A stretch of DNA of 64,000 nt. Origin: Lingula anatina. Lineage: Eukaryota > Animalia > Brachiopoda. Positions within the stretch are counted from its first letter, which is position 1. Each line of letters starts with the position of its first letter. Both the position numbers and the translations under genes were made by a program. The stretch spans positions 18,684,534 to 18,748,533 of the forward strand of contig CM120644.1 in assembly GCA_051362555.1 (NCBI GenBank), in the 5' to 3' direction. This document shows positions 14,606 through 29,165 of the stretch, piece by piece. The notes under the pieces are model-generated. The model saw only the letters and a program-made list of their open reading frames with translations, was not told the origin of the DNA and did no database searches.

Positions 14606-16675
14606 GCAGGCACACAAACACACATCTGTAATCATTTCTGATTTTACGGAGCACAAGTGTCAAATGTCTGCACATGCATGAAAAGCGTGCCTTTTGAAAT
14701 AACCAAATGTCAATTGACACCGTGCAGCCTGCCAGTATTTGCCACATAGTTGATTTGATTTAATTTCCTGTCTGGTGTCGTTTAAAAAAAAGTATGTTGG
14801 AAATGTTTTGTTGATTGTATATAGCTAAATCCACAGGAATTGGCTCGGAATGACATTTATTTTTGTCTATATTGCGAGGGGATTCTCTTTGTATTTTTAG
14901 TGATAAATGTTACCCCACATGACCCCCCCCCCTTCCATTCTTGATAAAGAAATTACCCCATATGGGATTGTGAAAACTGTAATGCAAAATGCATTTAAAA
15001 ATTATAGGAAGGTTAATTTCAAGTAATGCATATATGAGAAAGCCCTTCTCTTTAGGTGAAATTAACCGATTTAACATTTTAAATCTCTACTTCTGTGTGC
15101 AACCAACAGTTTTAACTTTTTGATATAGTGAGGCAATGGGACTTAACAATAGGAGACAATTTGTAGCCTTGTACATGTACTGTAATATTTGGAAGTTTGT
15201 TACTATTGTATTAAGTTCATGCATAGCATGCAAGGTCCATCAAAATACTTTGAAGTTAATATTGGAATCTTCAATAATGATAAATATAATAACGCAGTAA
15301 TCCTTCTACTTGGCATATTTATTACATTAATTGATATTTTGTAGAAATTACAGGCTAAAACATGCCAAAATCATCTGCATGACTCCCTTCTCACATCAAG
15401 GCATGAAGCTTTGCTCCTGTGCTATTTTATGGTACAATTAAGTCTGAGACTAGGCTATCTTGAATATTTCCCATTTTAAATTACTGGCATTTGGAAGTGG
15501 TCATTTTTGTGATATTGCGGACTGGGCAGGCATACCATACATCCAACGTGTTCACCAGACACATTCTTGTAACTTAATAATCTCTTTGTCCTACAGACTA
15601 AAATTGCTATCCATCATATTAGCATTGTCAGTTTAACTATCCTTGATGTCTAACATAAATGACTGGCTATTTTTAGCAGGTAAACACAACGCATAAGTCG
15701 TTCGGATGCTGGTATATTCCTGCGTTTTCAACTAAAATCCACATATATAACATCAAGCGGGCTAGTTTATGACAGAGTGCAAATGACGACAGTTAACCTG
15801 GTAGCATGAGGGCGAGTGTTTTGTCGACTGAGGAGTGAAAGCAAGATTTACAATATCTGCTTACATGACCATGATTCTGTCTTCAGATAATGTAGGCAAA
15901 TACTCGTATGGTGCCATATATACATGTATCGATCAGAGGGAAATAAACATTTAAGTTTAGTTATGGTAGCTAGCTATAGGAGAAGAGTCTCATTTAGAAA
16001 ATATTTGCTATATTGACTTTAAAATGTGCATTAAATCTCACCATTGATACATGTTCCTTTCAACCTCCTGCCTCCTTCCACATACCCACACACAAAAAAT
16101 AGAAAAAGAAATATTTATTGCCGAAAATATTAGAATTCTGGCAGACTTAAAACTCTAAGCTGCAATGCCCACTTAAAGCTATTGTTTGTCCTATAGGTTA
16201 TGGCAGCATAATACAGCATGTTCAGAGGAATGGGTGTGAAAGTACTGTGTAATAACCCAATAATGCGATCAGAGCCACCACTGGGTGACAACCAGTCATC
16301 GATCATGTCTCGGACCTAATATCCAGTAATTCTTGAGGGGAGGGGGGGTATTAAAAAAAAATTGAATTATTTTTACCACACAACAAATTGATATAATATA
16401 GATCAAATTTCGATTCAGAGCATACCTTATCCCAGCCAAAAGGACGGTTTAATTGTATGAATCCCCTCTTCCACCATACCCCATTTCTGCCGACCTCAGT
16501 TTATTTATACTACTACGTACCCAATATGTCCAGCACTACTAATTAATTTACTGATTTAGGATATAATGTCTATAGGAGCACCTGCAATTAAAGCATTACA
16601 CAACATTTTCTAGATAAAAAATAACACTGGAGGATGATAAAGTATGGTCTTAATGCTGTGCGCATAAGACCTTAA

Positions 16676-17004
16676 AGGGATAAAAGCTCTTCGTTCTGGC
16701 CAAAAAATTAATTTTCCTGAAGTAAACAACAATTTTCCCATACTTACCAATGGTTAATGAATCCATTTTTACATTCAAATTTAGTCCCTGGTTTTTTTCT
16801 AAAAAGTTTGTTTTTTGTTAAAATCTCTTAAGAGATAATAACAGAGTATAGCCATCAATGGAGGTCATGTGGTCTAAAGACAAGCTCAGATATCAGAATA
16901 ATAAAGCTATAACTGCCGTTTTTGTGGTAAAACAGAATATATTATATTTCTATGAGTTAATTTTATTGTGAAATATAGATCTCAAACGAAGAGTTATTAT
17001 CCCT
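16676..17004 (+). mobile_element. Kolobok-like non-autonomous element family B, copy 1
   Basis: AGGGATAA...TTATCCCT TIRs flanked by TTAA on both sides. Confidence 0.8.
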
Positions 17005-17129
17005 TTAATTGATTTTACCAGCCAAAAGGTGATATCCTACATGCAGCCCCAATCATCTGATACATCCTGGGCATACAGGCAAATTACGAAAGACACACAA
17101 TACACACATGTACATGTTTGGATCACTTA

Positions 17130-17321
17130 GAGCACATTCAGAACAGTGGACTACCAGATATGGGGATCAAATATGGCCAATCCACTTGAACGCTTGTTTT
17201 GTTACCCCTGCAGGGGATCTATTCAGTGTCTAATCAGGAATTAAGTGGCAAGCTTTTTAGTGGGTTATTGAAATATCAGATCCACAGATCTGTTAGTACT
17301 TTATCTGTTCTGAATACGCTC
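17130..17321. mobile_element. Second Harbinger-like MITE (related fragments near 3893-4092, 12381-12430 and 21581-21633)
   Basis: TIR GAGCACATTCAGAACAG / CTGTTCTGAATACGCTC, TTA TSD, shared GATCTGTTAGT core. Confidence 0.65.
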
Positions 17322-18468
17322 TTACATTCATAAACATCGACTATAGAGGACAATTCATCAACCACAAATCAAATCATAATGAAATATGCATATGCACCTG
17401 AAAGATCTGTGTTATTTTTAGAACAGTTACTGAGAGAATCATATGGGAATTATATTAGACGAGATTGTTCATTATTTGTAGTGTTGAAGTTAATTCATAC
17501 AATCTCTCTCTGATACGAGGAAAAACCTTTCTCGATCTAGTCCACCAATCTAATTGGGCTCACAGACAAAAGGACTGCTGTTTGAGAGGTTTGACTGAAA
17601 GTACCATGCACCCTTTTGGCCAGAAAACGTCCATTCTGATTCAAACATTGATCTAGGTTTCGATGCCATTTGCCACCTTTAAGGATGTAAAAAGGGACGA
17701 CTTTTAAGGGTCCACTTTTTCAGAAAGAGACCCCCTTAATTCCCTCAATTTATGCAACTCCATGGCCTGTTAACCTACAACCTGATTCAGGAAATGGCTA
17801 CAGAAATGAGATAATCTTATCTCTCATATATCAAAGTTGTTTATGGCCAAGTAAATACTAGCAACTATTAACCTATCAAAGAGGAAATGATTTGTCGGTT
17901 GCCTATCTGATCTGGAACTTCAAGCATGCTACACGCATAACCCCCTTGTCATGAGTGGGTGGCATTCCTGATCAAAAGTGGAGCACAAGTCCCCATTTAT
18001 CAATAATAACAAATATCTGTGCACTTAAATTTGTATAGGCCCACGTATGTGTTACACCTCTAAAATATTGATCAACAAACGGATAAATTACACAACAACA
18101 CAAGTAATATTTACCGCAAATCTGCGCATTTTTTTCTTGGTAATTTTAGTCTCTGAGGGATCTTTTTCTCTTTATAAAACTAAGCAAAATTACTGGGAAA
18201 ACATACGCAATTTATAAAATTATTCTCAATCAAAGACACTTCTAATTAGTGACGTAGTTTCAACCTCAAACAAGTAAATATTTATGGTTTCTATGGAAAC
18301 ACTTCTATTTATGTTTATTGCATGTTCAAGTAAAATCATAAACATGATAATTTCCCCCTTAATCCAAACAAAATTCATCATTAATATGTTTTCCTAGGTA
18401 ACGTTTTTTTATAATCTTAACAATTCTATTTTTAAAAAACTTACTAATAGCGTTATCAATTAATCATA

Positions 18469-18688
18469 GACCCCAGTTCCAGAGGTTAGATCGATCAATC
18501 TACTTTAGATCGACCTAACTCCCTGGGGGGTTCATGCTAAATAGCTGTCAGCCGAGCGGACACGAAAGTTAATTACCCCCTTACAGCTTGTAGTAGGCGG
18601 GATGGACATTTAAGCCGGATTATCTGACAGTAATCTAGTGAGACTCCCCGCGGGGATAGATCGATCTAAAAGCTCTGGGAATACAGCC
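18469..18688 (+). mobile_element. MITE family A, copy 3
   Basis: Same internal sequence; ATA TSD. Confidence 0.85.
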
Positions 18689-18775
18689 ATAATGTTGTAA
18701 AAATATTCAGAATATGTCGTATGTTTGAAATTAATTAGCAATTAACCACGATCGTTCTAGTCAGACAATGGGTTC

Positions 18776-18943
18776 CAGGCCCGTAGCCAGCAATTTCAAA
18801 AGGGGGGTTCTTTTTCTGAAAAAGTGGACCTTTTCCCATAAAAACTCCATGTACCTAGGTCAAATTTTACCCAGAGTGGACCTTTTTCCAGCAAAAGGGA
18901 CGGTTCTTTCGAACCCCCCGAACCCCCCCTGGCTACGGGCCTG
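18776..18943 (+). mobile_element. MITE family C (CAGGCCCGTAGCCAG TIR)
   Basis: Perfect 15-bp TIR, GGTTC TSD; second copy at 33074. Confidence 0.8.
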
Positions 18944-20109
18944 GGTTCATAACATCAGCTCAATCATCAAGTATCTCGCAAAATGCACACAGGTATATGA
19001 GTGGCATTTAATTTCCATTAACTTCAAGGTTGCCAAAGATACATCATTATTCAAGGATTAAGCCAGCTTTATCTATAACTGAGGCAAAATATTTGTTCTG
19101 TTGCTTGGGCAATGCCTGTATCATTAAATGTCTTTATCCAGATTCCAATACAATGTATTTATGAATACAGTTTGCTTGTTCAGTTATATCTGTAGCATAA
19201 ATTTAAAAACATAAATATACAAGAGCAAAGGTTTAAAGAAGAAGTAAAATAAAGAGGCAAATGTTTTTAAAGACACATTTTTCACAATCTTTTTGATATT
19301 ATTTTTACAGGAAATATACTGTATGCTACTTAATTATCTGTGTGAATGCCAACAGCACTGGTGTATAGTTTTAAAACTTCACTAGGTGCTTTCAAAATAA
19401 ACTGTTACGAAAGAAAATAAGAAAGAAAATGAAAAATAAGAAGAAAATAAGCCCAAGACAGAATACAGTTGAAGAAGCACGCTGAGGATTTTGTCCAACA
19501 GTGGAACACTGAATGATGATGAATGAAAGAAAATGAAGATTTGATGCTTTTTAAAAGACAAAATAAAACAGACAGTCGGTCCTATCTAAAATAAAACCAA
19601 GAATTCTTTTTTTTCATCCTATCCTGCTTCCCACTATCTCTCCCCTTCCTTCTTCTACCAATTACTCAATAGTTATCAAACTCACCCTCCATCAAAAACC
19701 CATATGAATTATTTGCCAACACTTGCACAAAGTGGTTGTTTCAAGGGCAGCGACGGCGATCAATACCTTATCTTCCACACTACTGATAACAAAGTGATGA
19801 CAAACCAAACGTAGAATTAATGCCTGTCATTACGGATCACTTTATGATTTGTTATCTGCAATGAAAGATGGGTTCTCTGAAAACATAAACAATCAATCAT
19901 ATCCACCGTTTCGTTTCTGATTTCTTCAATTCATCTGCTATGATGATAACTCATTTTTGTACGTTTAAAAATATTAACTGGTATTTGCCTTTATTTAACT
20001 GGTATGTAATGTCCCATAATTTGCTCTACATTTTCATTATCTCACTTAATGAACAGACCATCCCTTTTCCTGGCTTTTCACAAGTACACCACATGATCAT
20101 GGACAATCT

Positions 20110-20385
20110 CAGGCCTACCCAACTACCAGACTCGGCACCTAAGGATCCTGAATTAACCGGTATATCGGACCACACTACCCGTTTTCAAGGTGTGTGTCAG
20201 ATCGCATTTCGGATTATCATACCCCAGAACAATTTTTGTAGAACGACTACGGGCTCGTCCTGTTGGTGTTCTGACTGATACTCCGAAATGCGATCTGATA
20301 CACACCTTGAAAACAGGTAGTGTGGTCCGATATACCTGTTAGTTCAGGATCTTTATGTGCCGAGTCTGGTAGTTGGGTAGGCCTG
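20110..20385. mobile_element. Foldback MITE with about 110-bp inverted arms (one-armed copy ending at 13641)
   Basis: CAGGCCTACCCAACTACCAGACTCGGCAC... and its reverse complement; flanks AATCT and AACCT. Confidence 0.8.
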
Positions 20386-21138
20386 AACCTCGTATTCATT
20401 TCATTAGAAGATATAATGGCCACAAATTCTTGTACAAGGACCTTGCATCTACCTTGAGTGTCAGGGCATTGTAAAGCTAGCTTGCTCACTATCTTTTCAT
20501 TTGTAAGCTTTACAGTGTGGTATTGCTGATGTGGGTTTTATATGAAACTAAGATCGAGCCAGCAACACCGAAATCTAGAACCTATAGGTACTTGGATCTT
20601 GTATACAGACCAACTTTTTCCTTGCATGGACTCACAAGATGCCAGGGACATCATTGTTTGTAAGGTTTAATCAAATTATGCGTTGAAAGAATCATGCAGC
20701 AGAAAAATGGGGCATTTTCAAACATACAGGAAACCAAAATTAAAGTTTCTCAGTTTTGATTTATCCAGTTATATCACAAGCTAACATACTAAAACAATAG
20801 ATTTTTATACTGGATCTTATTCTGAAACAGTGATCACGACGTTAAGATGAAGAAAAAGAGAACTTTTGTGATCTCCATTTCAACATAAGATCCAGCAAAA
20901 CGAGGTACGTATTAGAATTTATTTTTTCACTATCTATGTAGACCAACTCCCCATCAGAAGTTATTTTGTGAAACATGCCCTTGGGGACCTAGTCTGGAAG
21001 AGAGGCCAATACTAATTTACCATCCCTTTGGAGAACAAATTGCAATCAAAATCGTTATTTCCTCAAGTTAGGACTAGACTCCCACCTTCTTGGTAAAAAA
21101 GTAAATTGTTTCTTAAGTGATTTTACTTCTTTACCTAT

Positions 21139-21338
21139 GAGCGCATTCCCAGAGATTTAGATCGATCCAACTAGATCAACCTTACTCCCTGGGGGTTCAC
21201 GCTAAATTGCTGTCAGCCGAGCGCGCACGGTAGTTAATTATCCCCTTTCACTGTTTCAGCTTTTAGTAGGCGGGACGGACATTTAAGCCGGCTAAGCTGA
21301 CAGTAATCTAGTGAGACTCCCCACGTGGGAATAGGGTC
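21139..21338 (+). mobile_element. MITE family A, copy 4 (diverged)
   Basis: Shares GGGGGTTCACGCTAAA...GTAATCTAGTGAGACTCCCC; TAT TSD. Confidence 0.75.
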
Positions 21339-22366
21339 TATGAAGCATGACATTTCAACCTTTCAATACAGACCCTTAATAACCTTGACGATTCCTGTTC
21401 CCTATAGCGCAGGGTTCAACAATTGTGCATGCACGAAAAGTGCGCTGTCTGAAATAAACAAACTAATGAAATTGACAAACCCTGCCAGTGTTTGATGTCT
21501 AGTTGATTTTATTTAATTTGCTTTCTGGTGAAGTTTTATTTGAATCTTAAGTAATAATAACTACAATCTCACATCACAGTGGGTCACCATATTTGATCCG
21601 TGGATCTGTTAGTTTACTGTTCTGAATGCGCTCTAACTCTCTAAAGAAATTACTTTTTTCTCACATTTACACTGGGGACAATAAAACCCTATTCCACTCT
21701 GAACAATATAGTTTATTATTATATTATTATTATTATTATTATCATTATTTATTTTATTTTTTATATGGTCAACCAAAATCAGGACTGTTCCTTCTTTTTT
21801 TATTTATTCATTGTATTCTGTTATTATGTTGTTGTTATTATCATTATTATTATTTTGTAAACAGCAAATTACGTATACGTATACAAAAATCAGCTTTGAC
21901 CCTATTAATTTTCTTAAGCAGTATGTAGCAAAAGGGAATAAAATCCCCATTTTGTAGTAAGAGTCTGTAGTTTTCTATGTCAATACTTTTTCCACAATGT
22001 TTATCTGAAATGTTGACACTGGCAATATGAAATATTAATATAGATAAAAATGGAGGAGTGCAAGACAGCACACAAAATTCTCAATCAGAGGTCAAGTCAC
22101 CAGCAATGTCTAAATAAATTATTTCCCCAAGTAAATTCGTTCATTTGACATTAAATGGCTTGTATGCACTAGCTTATCAGTTCTCCTGAGAGTTTCTTTC
22201 CTGTGATTGCTCTGTTCGTGTTGTTTATGATAAGAAATATGCGTTCATTAAGGTTATTGTGTGTCTCTCATGGCAATCACTGGACATCAGTCTGTCCTGT
22301 GGACTTAAATAAATAAATAAATATAATGACAGTAAGATGTCCATTATATGACAATATTTAAATTAA

Positions 22367-22618
22367 AGGGATAACAACTGTTCGTGAGATATCCATATTT
22401 CACTATAAATACATAGCAATCAACTCATAGAAATATAATAATTCTATTTTACCACCAAAACAGCAGTTAACGCATCACATCACATGATCTCCATAGATGG
22501 CTACACTCTGTAATAATCTCTTAAGAGAATACAACAAAAAACCAAACTTTTTAGAAAAAAAAAAAAACAGGGACTAACTTTGAATGTGGGAATGGATTCA
22601 TTAACCAATGGGAAGTAT
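22367..22618 (-). mobile_element. Family B, truncated inverted copy
   Basis: TTAA-AGGGATAA end followed by the reverse complement of the family B interior. Confidence 0.7.
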
Positions 22619-23675
22619 GTGCCCCTCTTACTTGTATAAGTCCTTGGTACAAAACATAAATTTTCATTCTGTTAAGTATTTAACACTTAATTCAATATGA
22701 ACACCAGTTCATATCATGTAGGATATATATGTATGGAGTTTATGGCCACATTCAAAACCGTAGACTACGTGATATGAACTGGTGTGCTCAAACTGCGATC
22801 ATACCATCAGCAGCTAAGTGGACCAATTTAATTATTATTAATGTTGAGCACACCGGCATATGAGAACAGTAATGATTCAATCTTTTCAATGGGCAAAAAT
22901 TATTGAATTTTCAGATACATAATTTTCTAATCACAAAACCATATTTTTTTATATAGCCTCTGTGGTAATTTTACTACACAGAATAGATCTTCAGAATAGC
23001 CTTCTTTTTAAATTTTGTTTCTACCAGTCAATAGAAAAACTTCTATTTTAAGAAATTATGGCCTAAAAAAACAGCATTTTAAAATTCACAATTTTCCCCC
23101 ACTGAAAAGATCAAGAAATTACAATATCTATCCATGGGGAAGAATATTCCTATAATGAATCAATCTTCATCTGCCTATAGTGGATTGGGGACTGAGCCAC
23201 CATAATCTTACTAAAACAAATCATTTGGAGTGGTGAAGGTATACGGCAGTTTTTTCGACACCAAACATATACACACATATTACAGAGATCAAAGGGAGAG
23301 AGAGAGAAAAAGAAAGAGGAAGAAGACAGTGAAAATAACAGCTAGCTGATTGTCACTTTTGTACATTTTCTTTTGACATACTTTGATGATACCCTGCCTA
23401 AGTAAAAAATAAAAATGCTCTCTAAGGACTTCCAACACTTATTCAGAAAATTTTCAAAAGTATGCCTTTAGACTGGTATAGTTGATTGTGAATAGCCTAG
23501 CTACTTTTGCAATTGCAATCATGAGATGAAAATGACCATGTCCTCTTTGTGCTTACCAAAGCAGCAGTGCAAAAAACAAAAACTAGGATTTAGCTTTAAA
23601 TAGACGGATCCTCGCGTTCATTTCGATCCTCCCGCCGCCTTCTCCCTACACGCACTTACGCATGCAGGCATGCAT

Positions 23676-23715
<40 letters not shown>

Positions 23716-23993
23716 ACACAAAAAAAAACACGATATGTCCTTAAACTACCTGGATAAAATTTCAAAGACCACTGTATAAGCATCGTAGAAACTCGAAAAT
23801 AAAAATAAAAACGCCATACACTGATGAAAAAATAGAACAAAACAGACGCACGTTCTATAACACGTTTACGCGTGAGTCTATCCATGCTTTGTAGAACCAA
23901 TAACCAGTGTTGAAGTGAGTGAACCACTTCCGTAAGACGATTTGACAAAGGTCGAAATATTGGAGCAGATTGCTTATTTCCTCTTGCACTTAC

Positions 23994-24280
23994 CTTGCGT
24001 CTAAAGACTGATTAGCATCTGTAGAATTCAGAAATATAATTCTGCATTTAAGGTCGAGCCTGTTGGAGGTCGCGGCTTTTGACTGTACACGCCGTCTTGT
24101 TGCTGTCATTTGTGATGTTGTTGTCGATTTCACACATGCCGGTTCCCGGGCCCTGATTGATTCCGACTTCTGATTGGTTTGCTCTCAATTGCGCTCTTCC
24201 ATCTCTTGGGTCGCCTCCCTTGAGAGCATCTAGCGACACGATCGCATGTACAGGCGCTATCTGTCGTCAGGTTGTTGCCA
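23994..24280 (-). promoter_or_regulatory. Candidate non-coding first exon / promoter of the ADCY gene
   Basis: Locally CpG-rich segment ending in a consensus minus-strand donor CAAG|GTAAGT (23993-23988). The upstream boundary is approximate. Confidence 0.35.
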
Positions 24281-24683
24281 TGGGGATCTATTATTATATA
24301 CCTTGTCGTTGAGATTGTTCAGGTAAAATCCATATGATAGATTATATTGCTGCATTTTGATGGGAATAACACGTTTTCATTGTACACATGAACTTACATG
24401 ACCAAAGGCTCAGCAGCGTTAGGGGAAAAGAATTATGCTCGAACAATGCGATGACAGAAATCCTTAAACTTTAATTTTTTTAGAATAAATACTATATATA
24501 TTTATACAAAGGTATTTTCTATGTTTTCCAGTTAACCAAATAATAATCCTTATGAAACTGACAATTTCATGTTTCATTTTAAATAAAATTCTTAAACACG
24601 GTGTTGTTTGTAAATGAAATCTATTTTTATTTCTATGAAATTATTATAAACCTTCTCAACCAAATTCTCTCTCTCTCTATCTT

Positions 24684-24735
<52 letters not shown>

Positions 24736-25008
24736 TGTTCTCAGCCAACAGTGACCTGTTCGTACGTGACTTGCTCTTGAGACTTCCTGCCACACATTAT
24801 TGATTTTGACATCAGTTTTATCTTTGTTTTTAATTATGAAACTACTCGCGCTCAGGCGATTTTGATGAGCTTTGAGAGTGTCGTGTTTCTAGGGCACGTT
24901 AGTCTAGATTATTTATAGCACAGACGAATATATATGAGACGTGAAGTGTTAGTACATTAATTAGGGTCTCAGACACGGTGGCTCAATGAAAAAAATTTAA
25001 ACAAACTC

Positions 25009-25060
<52 letters not shown>
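25009..25060. repeat. (AAT)n microsatellite (another at about 46780-46824)
   Basis: Direct observation. Confidence 0.95.
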
Positions 25061-25062
<2 letters not shown>

Positions 25063-26080
25063 GGGGTTTATTGTTGTCTCTTTGCAATATATATACAACA
25101 TATATTTATGTAAGAAGATGATGTTAAAATAAAATAAGACATCAATTAGTTAAAATCTCTTAGAACAAACATTTAAAATGGATATACTATCAAAATTTAA
25201 AATAAAATATTATTCTTAAAGCCTACAAGTTACGAAAAGACACAATCCATTGAAATACTTATAAGCAGTATAGTATACTATAGGGGTTAAGTCCTTTATG
25301 TAGGTAGACTTGATTATAACCGGTCCCTTTTTCATCGATAGGCCTTATGGGTATTTGTTAAACGATGATTCAATTCATGATAAAGTCATTTAATCTTATT
25401 AAAGGTAGGTCTATAGCATACACATTTGAAAATGACCCCCAGTCACATTTTCTGTGTCTACATTGTATGCAAAGCTGCTTTTCCTTTTCCTTGAAAAAAA
25501 TTGAAACCCCTCAAATAAATGCACCTGATGCCGATTTTTTCCTTCTGAAATTACAGGAAAGCATGGCGATCTAATTGACTGGTCATACATCTAGAACTAT
25601 TTTTTTATTATAAATGATATATATATATAAAAAAAACCAAACCAAGTGCAGCAAAGACGGATCAAAATGTTTTCATGAGTCGGATATATAAATATACTGT
25701 ATACCTTCTAAATGTTTTTTATTCGTGAGTAGGACCTTTATACCGTTCTTTTTATTGCCTATTTTGAATCACATTTCTTTGTCTAACCATCTGTTCCTAA
25801 TTATATTTGTGATTGAATAATCCTTAACCCCAGGTGAATTAGAGATAAAGTTAGACAAAGAGAATAAAGGAATGATATTGACGGAATTACCCACCAACAA
25901 AGCCACTCGTCAAACACCTGCCTGCTGCTGAGCGTCAGCGCATAGCCTAACATTGTACTTGTTGTGATTGCTGTGTGTCTCACCTGCTGCAATTGTAGCG
26001 CCCTTGGCATGGAGCACCTGGTTATGTCTCCATCTCCGACTCTATGGATAAAAGGCATGCACAATAAATATACTAATTAA

Positions 26081-26418
26081 AGGGATAATAACTCTTCGTT
26101 TCGGCCAAAAAACGAATTTTTCTGGAGTAAACAACAATTTTCCCATACTTACCAATGGTTAATGAATCCATTTTTACATTCAAAGTAAGTCCCTGTTTTT
26201 TTTCTAAAAAGTTTGGTTTTTCGTTAAAATCTCTTAAAAGATTTTAACAGAGTATAGCCATCAATGGAGGTCACGTGGTCTAAAGACCAACTCAGATATC
26301 AGAAAAAATAGCTATAACTGCTGATTTTGTGGTAAAACAGAATATATTATATTTCTGTGAGTTATTCGCAATGTTCTTATTGTGAAATATAGATCTCATG
26401 CGAAGAGTTATTATCCCT
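26081..26418 (+). mobile_element. Family B, copy 2
   Basis: AGGGATAATAACTCTTCG / CGAAGAGTTATTATCCCT, TTAA TSD. Confidence 0.85.
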
Positions 26419-26549
26419 TTAATAACTCATTACAAAATCTCTGGAAATTTTAGCAAGTTACCTTGCCAAATCTGTTGATTAAATACGATCTATGGGCCCG
26501 TTATGAGCATGTGATCACCCAAGAAAGAGGATCAATCTATATGTAGAGC

Positions 26550-26552
<3 letters not shown>

Positions 26553-26622
<70 letters not shown>
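26553..26622. repeat. Compound (CT)n(GT)n microsatellite
   Basis: Direct observation. Confidence 0.95.
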
Positions 26623-26624
<2 letters not shown>

Positions 26625-26927
26625 GTCCCTCTCTCCAAATTATTATTTGATCAAAAGATGACGCGGAACGAAGTAAAAAATTACCCGTGATACCCGGAAG
26701 GATGTGTAGAGGAACTTACACTTTTACACTGGATGTTTTTTTTTATTGAAAATGCAGTGCTTTAAAACTTAACATTGAACTCCTACTCCTGGTCTTTTAC
26801 TCAGATCCCCAAGCTGACACGGTCTCTAACCTAGTCTACAAGCAGCACCATACCTAAAATCTAAACTCTCTGGGAAACTAATGGAACTAGGAAACACCTG
26901 CCCGCTGCCCTGCCCTCCCCCCCCCCC

Positions 26928-28448
26928 CCTTGGGGCGTTCATAAGCGTTCATAATTGTTGTATTGCCATATTCACATATTCGTTGACTGAATATGCTTGT
27001 ATTTGACCCTACTTATACGGCTCCATCCAATAAACTGTATTATGTATTAAGTCAATGAGTCAACTCCTTAACTTCATCACAATGCCGGGTTTATGTTGAA
27101 TATTTGTTTTTAACGTAAACGTACTGGGGATATATCATAGTTAGAAGCGGTTTGTTTGCTAACTACATCGCAATTTGACTAATGGCCTCTGCCTATAGTA
27201 TGTCAAGACACTGAACAAGGTGGGTCACTTTTTCGATTCAATTGCTTTTAAAAAATAATATAAAATTTATTATTACTTTAAAAAAATTTTTTTTTTTTTT
27301 TGGGGGGGGGGTCATATTTGATCCTTTGCTATGTAATACTATCTGTTATATGGACAAAAATTAATGTTAGAGATAGGTACTGAATACAGCTCAAAGGTCG
27401 AGTACAAACTGTTTGTGCGTGGTATTTATCTGCTGCTTTGGCAATTTTTTTCAATTATTTAGAAAAGCATTAAAAGCATTAGTGTGATTTAGGAAAGGTA
27501 GACCATGCAGTGAAGATTTCTTATACTGTGTGTAGGTACATGAGGCATGTCCTTTCAAGTAGCTTCATATTTCCATCTCAAGAACACCGTTGAAAAACAA
27601 GGAGCCGTGCCACCTGACTACTTGATAACCACCTTTAAAAGTGTTTACCTATGTAGGAAAAAGTAACTGAAAAAATAATTAACTTTCAGAATGGTTGAAA
27701 TCTAAAGTTCGTTTGGTTTGAATTTGAATTACAATTCAAATATAACCAATAAGCTAAATAGCGTTCGACATAAACTTGCATTCTTTGCACGGTGTAATGC
27801 ACTTTCTTTTTTTTTTTTTTTTTTTTTTTTTTCTAGTTGCTAGTCAAGTTAGTTATGACCATGCTTGGATAACTTGTAATATAAAATTCCAAACATATTT
27901 TGAAGAGCGTTTCTCTCGGGGGTCTTTAAGTGTATGGATGTAAAAAGCGTATTCTGTAAAAGTCAACTAAATGAGGAGTTCGACTCTAAGTAATGCACCC
28001 TCCTCATGTTCAAAACTGTTTATCTTTGCTTACAAAACATTGCTCCTGCACATTGGCAGTTTTATCTAACCATCTCAAAGGCGAGCATGCGCGAGGCCTT
28101 TACAGTGATAAACGCATAAAAGCGCATTTAAAGAAAAAGAAACGATTATTACAGAAACCTCAGGCTTAAGGCGTCGCAGATAATGATTTGGTAATCAGGG
28201 CAAAATACGTGTTTATCAGTTATTCACTGGTCGGGTCAGACGACGGAACCTTCGCGGTATCGTTTATCATTTGTTTACACACTGTAGCTAATAGGGCCTA
28301 CCTGTCCAAAGTTTGATCACATCGTTAGAGTTAAATGATCATGATATCACGTCCATTGCTACCCTGCTGCCGCAGATAGCAAAAAGAGATTAACCAAGTT
28401 CATTTGTGCCCTTCACTGGAACGGCGAACGCTTATGAACGCTCCAAGG
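26928..28448. mobile_element. Candidate 1.5-kb non-autonomous DNA transposon
   Basis: CCTTGGGGCGTTCATAAGCGTTC (26928-26950) is inverted at 28426-28448 with one mismatch; no clear TSD. Confidence 0.5.
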
Positions 28449-29165
28449 AGGGATAAAACAACAGCCTAATTTTGTTGATTATTGAAAGAAGATGAAAATT
28501 CATGCTGGAGGCGCCTCGCGTTCGTGACAGGAGGTCACTGACCCAAAGACTACTGTTTCTGTTTCAACTCGGGAGCGTTTTACGGGTCGTTGACAAGTTA
28601 CCTGAGCTAATGAGGTCCTAGTTCATGGATAAGACCTTAGCACTGAGGCTGTTAATTACAACCAGGCGTGGGGCGGCGCTTTCTGCAGTGAACTTTCTCT
28701 TGATCCACTATGGAAAACGCAGCCGCTTAACTCCACGATGTCAAAAAAGAAAGATATATACTAACTTTCGTTGCTAACGGATGAGGTGATACATATCAAC
28801 TTTTGATTAAGTGCGGTATAGCTGTTAAGTGAAAAAAAAGCGGCGTTTTCGTTGATCGCCCATTTTAAGAACATATACATTAACGTAATCCTTCAACGCA
28901 GCGTGCAGTGTTCAGTTTCTGTACTCGAGGACAAAAATCCACCCTCATCGTACCTGAAAAATTGAAGAACAAATATCAACCGATTGATTTGAAGCAAGGC
29001 TACAAAAACAAATCAGAAGGCGCAGCTCATAAAAAACAGTATTAATATATAATATTATGCAGTATTAATATGCTTTTCGTAGGTGGTGAGATGCATATGT
29101 TTTGTACATGACGACCAAGGCATTGTACATCTACTCTTCTGTAAACTTTAGAGAAAATCACTTAC

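Noticed and set aside
14350-14747. CVCV/HTHT ORFs (also at 23646, 29759 and 49435)
   Set aside because: Translations of dinucleotide microsatellites.
13563-20489. Repeated peptide RPTQLPDSAPKDPE in three ORFs
   Set aside because: It comes from the arms of the foldback MITE, not from a protein family.
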